Shown here one piece after another: positions 50,046 through 62,635 of a stretch of 64,000 nt of DNA. Under the pieces are notes generated by a model. The model ran no database searches, was not told the origin of the DNA, and saw nothing but the letters and a program-made list of their open reading frames with translations. The position numbers were made by a program, and so were the translations under genes. The stretch spans positions 7,070,001 to 7,134,000 of the forward strand of contig CM075995.1 of the NCBI GenBank assembly GCA_038087875.1, written 5' to 3'. This DNA is from Malacoraja senta (taxonomy: Eukaryota). Positions within the stretch are counted from its first letter, which is position 1. Every line of letters starts with the position of its first letter.

Positions 50046-52822
50046 AATGAATGAATGAATGAAAAAGTTTACTGGCCAAGTATTCACATACAAGGAATTT
50101 GCCTTGGTGCTCCGCCCGCAAGTGACAACATGACATACAGTGACAGTTAGGAAAGACACATAAAACACTAAACATTAATAATAAAACACCATTGATCAAG
50201 CATGTGAACCAATAAAATACCAGAGCAAATGGAGGCTCAGATTTTTGGCTGTTGAGTAGAGCAACTACTCTTGGATAAAACTGTTTTTATTTCTGGGCTG
50301 TGGCAGCTTTGACAGTCCGGAGTCGCCTTCCAGAGGGAAGTGATTCGAAGAGTTGTGCATGAGGTGCAGAGATGATCTTGCCCGCTCGCTTCCTGGCCCT
50401 TGCAGTGTACAGTTCATCAATGGAGGGAAGGTTGCAGCCAATAACCTTCTCTGCTGATCGGACGATTCGCTGAAGCCTCCAGGTGTCGTGCTTGGTGGCT
50501 GAGCCAAACCAGACCATGACGGAGAAGGTGAGGACAGACTCTACGATGGCCGTGTAGAATTGGACCATCGTTGCCTGTGGCAGATTGTGCTTCCTCAGTT
50601 GCCGTAGGAAGTACATCCTCTGTTGTGCCTTTTTGACCGTGAGTCGATGGCAGCCCCCCACTTAAGGTCCTTGGAGATGATGGTTCCCAGGAACTTAAAA
50701 GACTCCACAGATGTGACTGTGGTGTTGTTGATGGTGCGTGGGGTGAGGGGAGGGGAGCTCTCCTAAAGTCTACAATCAATTCCACTGTCTTAAGAGCATT
50801 GAGCTCCAGGTTGTTGCGATGGCACCAGGACGCCAGCTGTGTCACTTCCTGTCTGTAGGCAGATTCCTCCCCATCCTGGATCAGTCCAATCAGGGTTGTG
50901 TGATCCGCAAACTTGAGAAGCTTGACAGAGGTGTCTGTGGAGGTACAGTCATTGGTGTAGAGAGAGTAGAGGAGAGGGGAGAGTACGGCAGCCTTGCGGT
51001 GCTCCTATGCTGAGTGTTTGCGGGTCCGAGATGTGCTTTTCCAGCCTCACATGCTGCTTCCTGTCTGTCAGGAAGTTGGTGATCCACCGACAGAGGAGTT
51101 CAGGCACAGTCAACTCGGAAAGTTTGGAGTGTAGTAGTGGTGTTGAATGCAGACCTAATATCAACAAACAAAATCCTCGCATAGGTCCCCTGGCGGTCCA
51201 GGTGCTGTAAGATGAAGTGCAGGCCCAGGTTGACAGCATCACCACTTCACACCCAATTACCCACACCCCTCCGTGCTGCACAACATCACTTCTCCATCAT
51301 CAACGATAAAAATAGAGGAGGTGGAGAGGCTTTTCAGAAGACAGAAAAGCCAGAAATCTCCAGGACCGGACAATGTTTCCCCCTCTACTCTCAAGCTCTG
51401 TGCCGAACAACTGGCACTGGTCTACACAGACATTTTTAACCAGTCCCTGCAAACCTGTACTGTCCCTGCCTGCTTCAAAGTCTCCACTATTGTCCCTGTA
51501 CCCAAAAAGGCAAGGATTACTTGTCTTAATGACTACAGGCCTGTCGCACTGACCTCTGTAGCCATGAAGACACTCGAAAGGCTTGTGCTGTCCAAGCTGA
51601 AAAATATCACAAACTCCCTGCTGGACCCTCTGCAATTTGCATATCGGGCAATACATCTGTGGATGATTAGATTAGATAGATTAGATAGCCCTTATTGTCA
51701 TTCAGACCGAAGTCTGAACGAAATTGCAACAGTCGTACATAAAACAACAATAAACACATATTAACATCCACCACAGTGAGTCCACCCAACATCTCCTCAC
51801 TGTGATGGAGGCAAAAGTCTTAGGTCTGCAGTCTCTTCCCCTCCTCTTCTCCCTCTGCGCTGAGGCGATACCCCCCGGGCAATGTTTCCCGCGGCTCAAA
51901 CACCGTGGCCCGGGGTGGTCGAAGCTCCCGCCCACCAGTCCTGCAGACGCAGCCGCTGGCCCGCGGCCGAACCCCGGACTCAGGCCACCACCGCCAGAAC
52001 ACCGTCCTAGCCACCCTCAGTGAGTACCGTGCCATCTTCAGCCTCGGGCCGGGCCGCCCCGACATGGGCGCTGAACCTCCTCGGGCTGGGCTGCCCGACT
52101 TGGGCGTCACTTCTCCCCCCGGGGCCGGGCCCCGACATGCCTTCGCTTCTCCCCCCGGCCGGGCCCGCCCCAACATGGCGCCGAACCTCCCTCGGGCCGG
52201 GCCGCCCCGACTTGGGCGTCGCTTCTCCCCCGGGGCCGGGCCGCCCCAACATGGGCGCCGAACCTCCCTCGGGCGGGCCGCCCCGACATGGGCGCTCACG
52301 GGAGCACTGTTCCAGCCCTGAGCCGGACCACCCTCACGGGAGCGAGCTCAGGGCGAGTCCTGACGGGCTCTGCCTCCGGAGCCTCGAGGTCATCAGCTCC
52401 ATTAGGCCTCAGCACAGACGGAGGCAGAGAAGGGGAATACGACCAAAAGTCGCATTCCCCCCGCAGGGAGACACTGCAAACCCTGTTACAACCCCCCCAC
52501 CCCCCCAAAACACAAACTAAAACCAAAAACTAGACTAACCAAAACAAAATAAACAACACAAAAACACAAACAAACGATACTGCCGATGAGCCGCTGCAGC
52601 CAGTGCCGCGCCGCCACTTCCTGTCTTCTGAAAAGCCTCTCCACCTCCTCTATTTTTATCGTTGATGATGGAGAAGTGATGTTGTGCAGCACGGAGGGTG
52701 TGGGTAATTGGGTGTGAAGTGGTGATTGGAGAGGGGTGGGTGGTAAAGGGTCCAGTCTTTTTCAGACTGGAGTCTTGCTTTACGTAGGTGTGAAGTGATG
52801 AATGGGGAGGAGTCATTCATTC
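50046..52822 (-). mobile_element. Rex1/Babar-like LINE RT fragment, rearranged, inserted in a CR1
   Basis: RT motifs SPGPDNV..LK.CAEQL, LNDYRPVALTS, LDPLQFAYR, GAPQGC, KKAQQRMYFLRQLRK. (TTCA)n tail. Host CR1 split at TTCTG. Confidence 0.85.
51666..52620 (-). mobile_element. GC-rich non-autonomous retroposon with (ATCTA)n tail and internal ~52-bp tandem repeats
   Basis: 5' GAAGTGGCGGCGC, T-rich spacer, GC-rich body with repeats at 52040-52290, 3' TGACAATAAGGGCT(ATCTA)n. Confidence 0.65.
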
Positions 52823-53736
52823 ATTCTGCTGTTGTACAGGACCCTAGTGAGACCACACCTGGAGTATTGTGTGCAGTTTTGGTCTCCGAGTTTGAGGAAG
52901 GACATTCTTGCTATTGAGGGAGTGTAGCGTAGGTTCACAAGGTTAATTCCCGGGATGGCGGGACTGTCATATGCTGAGAGAATGGAGCGGCTGGGCTTGT
53001 ATACTCTGGAATTTAGAAGGATGAGAGGGGATCTTATTGAAACATATAAGATTATTAAGGGTTTGGACACGCTAGAGGCAGGAAACATGTTCCTGATGTT
53101 GGGAGAGTCCAGAACCAGGGGCCACAGTTTAAGAATAAGGGGTAAGCCATTTAGAACGGAGATGAGGAAACACTTTTTCACACAGAGGGTTGTGAGTCTG
53201 TGGAATTCTCTGGCTCAGAGAGCGGTGGAGGCCGGTTCTCTGGATACTTTCAAGAGAGAGCTAGATAGGGCTCTTGAAGATAGCAGAGTCAGGGGATATG
53301 GGGAGAAGGCAGGAACAGGGTACTGATTGTGGATGATCAGCAGCGTGAAAACTAAACCGACTGAACTGAACTAAATAAAACACACTTTGATCCACGCATC
53401 TTCCTGTCTGGAAACATTTACGATCCTACTAATCGGGTTTAGAGATACAGGGCGATTGTATCTTGGCAACAACTTCCAGGGCTGCGTTGTAACTGTCAGC
53501 TTCATTATCACCACTGTTCCCAAATGCACCGTGCAGTGTTTAAGGTCACAATGTGTTTCTGTGAACAAGTTAGAGGTGGTTTAATGAGCTGGAATCAGGG
53601 CAGCAGCGATTCTTCTCCATCTGCCGCCACTTTAATCAAATGAGTCGGACGTCCGTTTGAGAGGAACAGGAAATTAACACTTCAAACAACATATCTGGGC
53701 AACTCCTGTGGGCACAGCAGTAGAGTTGCTGCCTTA

Positions 53737-54421
53737 AGGGCCTGTCCCACTTGCCGATTTTTTTTTACCGACTGTCGGCATCATTGACTGACGTCTCTGG
53801 TCACCGAAAAATCGCGCCGTGACGCGGCGTGAAGACGTATTGACGCGCGGTGTTTCCTCAAGTGTCGCAACATTTTTTTTGTCGCCGCTGGATTTTGAAA
53901 TGTTTAAAATCTTTTGGCGACCCTGATACGTCATACGTCGATGATGTTAATAGACAATAGGTGCAGGAGCAGGCCATTTGGCCCTTCGAGCCAGCACCGC
54001 CATTCAATGTGATCATGGCTGATCATCCCCAATCAGTACCCCGTTCCTCCCTTCTCTCCATATCCCCCTGACTCAGCTATTTTTAAGAGCCCTATCTAGC
54101 TCTCTCTTGAAAGCATCCAGAGTGCCTGCCTCCACCGCCCTCTGAGGCAGAGAATTCCACAGACTCGCCACTCTCTCTGTGAGAAAAAGTGTTTCCTCGT
54201 CTCCGTTCTAAATGGCTTACTCCTTATTCATAAACTGTGGCCCCTGGTTCTGGACTCCCCCAACATCGGGAACGTGTTTCCTGCCTCTAGCGTGTCCAAA
54301 CCCTTAACAATCTTATATGTTTCTATGAGATACCCTCTCATCCTTCTAAACTCCAGAGTGTACAAGCCCAGCTGCTCCATGTCGGCAGTCTCAAAAAAAA
54401 TCGCCAAGTGGGACAGGCCCT
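53737..54421. mobile_element. PIF/Harbinger MITE carrying a nested CR1 fragment
   Basis: TIRs AGGGCCTGTCCCACTTG...CAAGTGGGACAGGCCCT, TTA TSD at 53734-53736 and 54422-54424. The empty site restores the SINE head GCTGCC-TTA-CA. CR1 at ~53948-54380(-). Confidence 0.8.
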
Positions 54422-54649
54422 TTACACAGCGCACGGTCAAGTCTGCACCGCCATTCAGTCGTGTCTGATCTATCCCTCTCAACGCCATTCTCCTGCCTTC
54501 CCCTCCTAACCCCTGACACCCGTACTAATCAATAAACCTGTCAATCTGGGGCGGCATGGTGGCGCGGCGGTAGAGCCAGAAACCCGGGTTCGATCCCGAC
54601 TCTGGATGCTGCTTGTACGGCGGAGTTTGCACGTTCTCCTCACGACCGT

Positions 54650-55196
54650 TCAAGTTCAAGTGAGTTTATTGTCGTGTATCCCTGATAGGACAATGAAATT
54701 CTTGCTTTGCTTCAGCACAACAGAACATAGTAGGCATTGACTACAAAACAGATCAGTGTGTCCATATACCATTATATAAATATATACACACATGAATAAA
54801 TAAACTGATAAAGTGCAAATAACAGATAATGGGCTATTAATGTTCAGAGTTTTGTCCGAGCCAAGTTTAATAGCCTGATGGCTGTGGGGAAGTAGCTATT
54901 CCTGAACCTGGTCGTTGCAGTCTTCAGGCTCCTGTACCTTCTACCTGAAGGTAGCGGGGAGATGAGTGTGTGGCCAGGATGGTGTGGGTCCTTGATGATA
55001 CTGCCAGCCTTTTTGAGGCAGCGACTGCGATAGATCCCCTCGATGGAAGGGAGGTCAGAGCCGATGATGGACCGGGCAGTGTTTACTACTTTTTGTAGTC
55101 TTTTCCGCTCCGGGGCGCTCAAGTTGCCGAACCAAGCCACGATGCAACCGGTCAGCATGCTCTCTACTGTGCACCTGTAGAAGTTAGAGAGAGTCC
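54650..55196 (-). mobile_element. Rex1/Babar-like LINE 3' end
   Basis: TLSNFYRCTVESMLTGCIVAWFGN...DPHHPGH...LPSGRRYRS...RFRNSYFPTAIRLLN, (TTGAAC)n tail. Related copy at ~61435-61800. Confidence 0.8.
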
Positions 55197-55296
55197 GAGT
55201 GGGTTTTCTCCGAGATCTTCGGTTTCTTCCCACACTCCAAAGACGTAGAGGATTGCAGGTTAATTGGCTTGGTGTATAAATTTGAAAATTGCCCCG

Positions 55297-55330
<34 letters not shown>

Positions 55331-57623
55331 GATAGTGTTAGTGTGTGGAGATCAACGGGTCGGCACGGACTCGGTGGGCCGAAAGGCCTGTTTTCGCGCT
55401 GTATCTCTAAACTGAACTGAACTACTCTCTGTCAGTGGACTTCATTACTAAACATGTTTGGGTTTTGGCCGATGCTCGGGAAACCTCTCACGTCATATGA
55501 CCCAAAATGGAAAATGAAATTCTTACTTGCAGCAGCACAACGGTTATATAAACATAATAATTGAGGAGTGAGGAGAGACTGTCATATGAGGAAAGATTGA
55601 AAAGACTGGGCTTGTATTCACTGGAGTTTAGAAGGATGAGGGGGATCTTATAGAAACATATAAAATTATAAAAGGACTGGCTAGATGCAGGAAAAATGTT
55701 CCCAATGTTGGGCGAGTCCAGAACCAGGGGCCACAGTCTTAGAATAAAGGGGAGGCCATTTAAGACTGAGGTGAGAAAAAGCTTTTTCACCCAGAGAGTT
55801 GTGAATTTATGGAATTCCCTGCCACAGAGGGCAGTGGAGGCCAAATCACTGGATGGATTTAAGAGAGAGTTAGATAGAGCTCTAGGGGCTAGTGGATTCA
55901 GGGATATGGGGAGAAGGCAGGCACGGGTTATTGATAGGGGACGATCAGCCATGGTCACAATGAATGGCGGTGCTGGCTCGAAGGGCCGAATGGCCTCCCC
56001 CTGCACCTATTTTCTATTTCATAGAGGTGTACAAAATCATGAGAGGAATAGATCGGGTAGACGCACAGAGTCTCTTGCCCAGAGTAGGGGAATCGAGGAC
56101 CAGAGGACACAGGTGTAAGGTGAGGGGGGGAATATTTAATAGGAACCTGAGGGGTAACGTTTTCACACAAAAGGGTGGTGGGTGTATGACAATAGGTGCA
56201 GGAGTAGGCCGTTCGGCCCTTCGAGCCAGCAGCGCCATTCAATGTGATCATGGCTGATCATCCCCAATCAGTACCCCGTTCCTGCCTTCTCCCCATATCC
56301 CCTGACTCTGCTATCTTTAAGAGCCCTATCTAGCTCTCTCTTGGAAGTATCCAGAGAACCGGCCTCCACCGCCCTCTGGGGCAGAGAATTCCACAGACTC
56401 AAAACTATCTGCGTGTAAAAGTGTTTCCTCATCTCCGTTCTAAATGGCTTACTCCTTGTTTTTAAACTGTGGCCCCTGGTTCTGGACTCCCCCAACATCG
56501 GGAACATGTTTCCAGCCTCTAGCGGGTCCAAACCCTTAACAATCTTATATGTTTCAATGAGATACCCTCTCATCCTTCTAAATTCCAGAGTGTACAAGCC
56601 CAGCTGCTCCATTCTCTCAGCAGTTGATAGGTTTGGATATGGGCCAAATGCACCCAGGTGAACGCTGGTGTCGATGGGACCCGAAACGTCGCCCATTTCT
56701 TCTCTGCAGAGGTGTTGCCTCGCCCGCTGAGTTACTCCAGCATTTTGTGTCTACCTGTAGATGGGACATGTTGGCCGGTGTGGGACGTTTGGGCTGAAGG
56801 GCCTGTTTCCATGCTGTATCACTATGACTCTACAATCGTGCAACGTTTGTCTCTGCTTTCCTTCCACATCCGTGCCCTTGACATCCATTTCAGATTGGTC
56901 ATGTTCGGCACAGACACTGTGGGCCAAAGGGCCTGTTCTTGTGCTGTGCTGTTCGATGTTCACTACATCATTCATTGAGTATATTCCATCACCAGACGTT
57001 ACAACGACTGCACAAATGTTACCAACTATACTGGCTGCGGAAGCCAGCAATCCGAAACGATAGCCCATAATAAGGTCATAAGTGATGGGAGTAGAATTAG
57101 GCCATTCGGCCCATCAGGTCTACCCTGCCACTTAATCCTGGCCGATCTATCTCTCAAACAGGCCCTTCGGCCCACCAAGTCCGCACCGACCAGCGATGCC
57201 TGCACACTAACACTACCCAACACATACCAATTCATACCAAGCCAATTAACCTACAAACCTGTACGTCTCTTGGGGGTGGGAGGAAACTGGAGATCTTGGA
57301 GAAAAAAAGCCACGCAGGTCACGGGGTGAACGTACAAACTCAGTACACGTAGTCGGGATTGGACCCGGGTCTGGCGCTGTGAGGCAGCAACTCTACCGCT
57401 GCGCCATCGTGCTGTGTTGGGCGCCCTTGGGTGGACGTGAAACCGTATTTGACAAAAGCTGACGACTTAAAAACATAGAAAATGGGTGCAGGAGTAGGCC
57501 ATTCGGCCCTTCGATCCAGTACCGCTGTTCAATATGATCGTGGCTGATCATCCAAAATCAGTACCCTTTTCCTGCTTGCTCCCCATATCCCTTGATTCCT
57601 TTATCCCTAAGAGATAATTCTAA

Positions 57624-58007
57624 TGGGCCTGTCCCACTTAGGCGACTCTTTAGGCGACTGCCAGGGACTAGTTTTAATGGAATTCTCCGACGACACCTGG
57701 CGACAACCTACGACAGCACCTATGTCAACCTACGACACCACCTACGTCAACCTACGACACCACCTACGTCAACCTACGACACCACCTACGTCAACCTACG
57801 ACACCACCTACGTCAACCTACGACACCGCCTACGTCAACCTACGACACCACCTACGTCAACCTACGACACCACCTACGTCAACCTACGACACCACCTACG
57901 TCAACCTACGACAGCAAAAATTGTCGCCGAAAATTGTTCAACATGTTGAAAATTTTGCGGCAGTCGCCTGTAGTCGCCCAAAAAATCGCCTAAGTGGGAC
58001 AGGCCCA
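57624..58007. mobile_element. PIF/Harbinger MITE with internal 22-bp minisatellite
   Basis: 22-bp TIR TGGGCCTGTCCCACTTAGGCGA, flanks TAA/TTA, (GTCAACCTACGACACCACCTAC)n at ~57724-57913. Confidence 0.8.
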
Positions 58008-59188
58008 TTACTCTCTCTTGAAAACATCCAGTGAATTGGCCTCCACTGCCTTCTGTGGCAGAGAATTCCACTCATTCACAATTCTCTGGGTGAAAAAGTC
58101 ATGTCAGACTTCGCCCTCGCTAACACCACATTAGGCACCTCCTTGCTCCGACCTTTTTGTGTAACTTGTCTCCCAATTTCAATATTTCGACAATGAACTC
58201 AGGGTATTGAACTAGGCTGCCTCGAAGCACTTGGAGATGACATCCTTTGTCAATGCACATTTATAATAATTCACCCCCCCCCCCCCCCCCCCGGGAAAGA
58301 ATAGATTTTAATCTTTATTTCATTAGGCACTACAAATAAACTGTTCATAAGTGACTGGAGCAGAATTAGGCCATTTGGCCCATCAAGTCTACTCCGCCAT
58401 TCAATCATGGCTGATCTATCTCTCCCTCCTAACCCCATTCACCTGCCTTCTCCCCATAACCTCTGACACCCGTTGTTCAGAGTGATACAGCGAATAAACA
58501 GGCCCTTCGGCCCAACTTGCCCACACCGGCCAACAATGTCCCATCTACACTAGTCCCACCTGCTCGCGTTTGGTCCATATCCCTCTAAACCTGTCCTATC
58601 CACGTACCTGTCTAACTGTTTCTTAAATGTTGGGGTAGTCCCAGCCTCCGCTACCTCCTCCATCAGCTTGATCCATTCACCCACCACCCTTTGTGTGAAA
58701 AATGTACCCCTCAGATCCATATTTCCCCACTTCACCTTAAACCTATGTCCTGTGGTCCTCGATTCCCCTACTCTGGGCAAGAGATTGTGTGCATCTACCC
58801 GATCTATTCCTCTCACGATTTTAGACACCTCTATAAGATAAGTTTGGTGTGCGTGTGTGTGATTTCTTTGCTGCGCGTTAGGTCGTTGAATTGTGAGAAG
58901 GGTTGAGGGAAAACTTTTTCACCCAGAGGGTTGTGAATCTGTGGAATTCTCTGCCACAGAAGGCAGTGGAGGCCGATTCTCTGGATGCTTTCAACAGAGT
59001 GTTAGATAGAGCTCTTAAATATAGCGGAGTCAGGGGATATGGGGGGGAGGCAGGAACGGGGTACTGATTGTGGATGATCAGCCATGATCAGAGTGAATGG
59101 CAGTGCTGGCTCGAAGGGCCGAATGGCCTACTCCTGCACCTATTGTCTATTGTAACGATGCTCACTATTTTCCACCGTTGTATTCCAG

Positions 59189-59285
59189 GCTTTACTTTGT
59201 TGCCTCGAGAGAAGGACATTTGCCCAGTTTCCTCTGCATGGTCCATGTATTTAGATGCACTCCGATCCCAGCCTTGTGTTTCAAT
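59189..59285 (+). CDS. SLC7A6-like: y+L amino acid transporter, internal exon, 97 bp
   Basis: Encodes (R)[32 protein letters not shown], with the SREGHLP and TPIPAL motifs. Acceptor tattccag|G, donor AAT|gtaagt. Confidence 0.95.
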
Positions 59286-59569
59286 GTAAGTACCATTTGT
59301 GAAATGATTTTGCTCATTCTGTGCTAATATTCTACACACCAGCGGAACTAGTTCTGGAGGCTCCCAGTCAATGTCGGCCATTTGCAAGACACACTTGGAA
59401 CGGTCCGTGGCTAGGAAAAGGTTTCAGGGGGATAAGGGCCATACGCAGGCAGGTGGGGCGGGTGTAAATGGGACGCGTGGGGCGGCGAAGGTAAGTAGGG
59501 CCGAGTGGCCTGTTTCCATGCTGTGTGACTCCGTGAGAATGTGGCGGCCAAATTCTTTGACACAAAATA

Positions 59570-59850
59570 GGGCGGCACGGTGGCGCAGCGGTAGAGTTGC
59601 TGCCTTACAGCGTTCAGAGACCCGGGTTCGATCCCGACTACGGGCGCCATCTGTACGGAGTTTGTACGTTCTCCCCGTGACCATGTGGGTTTTCTCCGAG
59701 ATTTTTGGTGTCCTCCCACACTCCAATGACGCGCAGGTTTAAATGTAAATTCTCCCTAGTGGGTGTAGGATAGTGTTAGTGTGTGGGGATCGCTGGTCGG
59801 TGCGGACTCGGTGGGCCGAAGGGCCTGTTTCCGCGCTGTATCTCTAAACT
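59570..59850 (+). mobile_element. V-SINE (HE1-like), full length
   Basis: A and B boxes, V core and CR1-derived tail. Confidence 0.85.
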
Positions 59851-60667
59851 AGCCATTTAGAGCCATAGAGTGATACAGTGTGGAAACAGGCCCTTCGGCC
59901 CAACTCATTCACACCGGCCAACAATGTCCCAGCTACCCTAGTCCCACTTGCCTGCGCTTGGTGCATAACCCTCCAAACCTGTCCTATCCATGTATCTGTC
60001 CAACTGTTTCTTAATAGATGGGATAGTCCCAGCCTCAACTACCTCCTCTGGCAGCTTGTTCCATACACCCACCACCCTTTGTGTGAAAAAGTTACCCCTC
60101 GGATTCCTATTAAATCTTTTCCCCTTCACCTTGAACCTATGTCCTCTGGTCACCGATTCCCCTACTCTGGGTAAAAGACTCTGTGCATCTCCCCGATCTA
60201 TTCCTGTCATGATTTTGTACACCTCTATAAGATCCTCCTACGCTTCATGGAATAGAGACCCAGCCTCCTCAACCTCTGCCTGTAGCTCACACCCTTTTAA
60301 TAGACACTTGGACAGGTCCATGATTTGGATGGTAAGGTTTGGATGGATATGGATCAAATGCCAAGAGGAGGGACGAGGGTAGATGTTGGTCGGTGTGGGC
60401 AAGCTTGGTTGAAGGGCCATATTCCATGCTGTATAGTGTGTCAGAGGTCATGGGAAGAAGGCATGAGAATGGGGATGAGAAGGAAAGATAGAGCGGCCAT
60501 GATTGAATGGCGGAGTAGACATGATGGGCTGAATGGCCTTAATTCTGCTCCGTGAACTTATGATTCTGTCACTATTAATGTCACTTCCAAAACTCCCAGT
60601 ACAAACATCTTTAGTGCACAGTGTCTTTTACTCAGAGTAGGGGAATCGAGGACCAGAGAGCATAGGT

Positions 60668-61430
60668 TTAGATTCGATTTTATTTCTTGTCATTTGAACC
60701 TCAAAGAGGCTCAAACGAAACTCCGTTTCCACAGCCATACAAACAAAACAATTCCTACACGACACACAAACAATTCAATTTACAGAAAAAACATCCATCA
60801 CAGTGAATCTCCTCCTCACTGTGATGGAAGGCAAAGTCTTTTCTCTCCCCTGCACCATCTTTCTCCCGATGTTGAAGCCCCAGGCGGTCAATGTTAAGTC
60901 CCACGGCCGTTGAGGCCACGCCGGGCGGTGTACAACCTCGCTCCGGGCCCAAAAGTCACAAGTTGGAGCCCCCGGCAGGCGCTGGAATGTCCCGCGGCTT
61001 TAACATTAAAGCCGCACCGGGCGATTTTACGGCCCCGGTCCGGGTCGTTCCAACCCCGCGACTCGAGCTGGAGAAGTTGCGTTGCGGGAGCTCCGGAAAG
61101 CGGTCTCTCACCCGGACCCGCAAGCTCCCGATGTCCCAGTCCACCGGTCTGCAGCTGCAGCTGGAGCTCCGGAGTGAGCAGCAACGTGCCACCACCGCTC
61201 CCTGCGCTCCGAGGCCGGCCAGCCCCACGATGGTAAGTCCGCAGCTCCGCAGGCTCCGCGACTGGAGCCCCCAGGTCGTCCCGGTTGGAGGCCGCTCCAC
61301 GGAGCTAGGCCCCAACGACAACGGAGACCCGACAGGGAAAAGGTTTGGACTCCCGTGCAGGGAATAGATTTTTTTTAAGTTTCCCCCCTCCCCGCCCCCC
61401 ACATATACACAATTAAAAACAGTACAAAAA
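60668..61430 (-). mobile_element. GC-rich non-autonomous retroposon, related in layout to 51666-52620
   Basis: Shares the CCATCACAGTGAGGAG..ATT..CACTGTG.TGGATG 3' module and a TGACAA..AATAAA tail. Confidence 0.6.
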
Positions 61431-62635
61431 ATGTCAGGTCAAGTCAAGAGAGTTTATTGTCATGTGTCCCAGATAGGACAACAGAATATTGTGAGCAAAA
61501 ATACAGAACAGTTCAGTTCAATATACACGTAAATAAACAGATAAAGTGCAATAGGCTGTTACAGTTCAGAGTCTGTTTGTTGGCGAGTTTAATAGCCTGA
61601 TGGCTTTGGGGAAGGAGCTGTTCCTGAACCTGGATGTACCAGATTTCAGGCTCCTGTACCATCTGCCCGATGGTAGCGGAGAGATGCATGTGTGGCCAGG
61701 ATGGTGTGGGTCCTTGACGATGCTGGCAGCCTTTTTGAGGCAGCGACTGCGATAGATCCCCTCGATGGTGGGGAGGTCCGAGCCGATGATGGACAGGGCA
61801 TTGGGAAAGATTTAATAGGAACCTGAGGGGTAACTTTGTCTCACAAGGGGTGGTGGGTGTGTGGAACGAGCTGCTGGAGGAGGTAGTAGAGGCAATGTAC
61901 TATCGCGATGTTTAAAAAACATTTAGACAGGCACATGGATAGGATGGGATTAGAGGGATATAGGCAAAACGCAGGCAGGTGGGACTAGTGTAGATGGGAC
62001 ATGTTGGTCAGTGTGGGCAAGTTGGGCTGAAGGGCCTGTTTTCCAGGCTGTGTGACTCCATGTCTCGTGCAACATTGGTCTCTGCATTTATTCCGCGTCC
62101 AATTCTTTGCCACCATCGGCTGTGGAGGCCACGTCCGTGGATATTTTTAAGGCAGAGATAGATAAGATTCTTGATGAGTACGGGTGTCAGAGGTTATGGG
62201 GAGAAGGCAGGAGAATGGGGTTTAGTTTAGAGATACAGCGCGGAAACAGGCCCTTCGGCCCACCGGGTCCGCACCGACCAGCGATCCCTGCAAATTAACA
62301 CTATCCTACACCCACTGGGCAAAATGTTTACATTTAACAAGTCAATTAGTCTACAAACCTGTACATCTCTGGAGTGTGGGAGGAAACCGAAGATCTCGGG
62401 AAAAAACCCACGCAGGTCACGGGGAGAACGTACAAACGGTTTAGGAGGGAGAGATAGATCAGCCATGATTGGATGGCGGAGCAGACTTGATGGGCTGAAT
62501 GGCCTAATTCTGCTCCTATCACTTGTGATCTCCACTCCCGCAGTTTCGTTTATTATTTTTTAGTTTCGGGATACAGAGCGGAAACAGGCCCTTCGGCCCA
62601 CCGGGACCATGCCGACCAGCGATCCCCGCACATTA

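Noticed and set aside
57592..57993. Regular repeats resembling a CRISPR array, and a repetitive ORF
   Set aside because: The units are contiguous with no unique spacers, lie inside a MITE, and there are no cas genes in this eukaryotic DNA.
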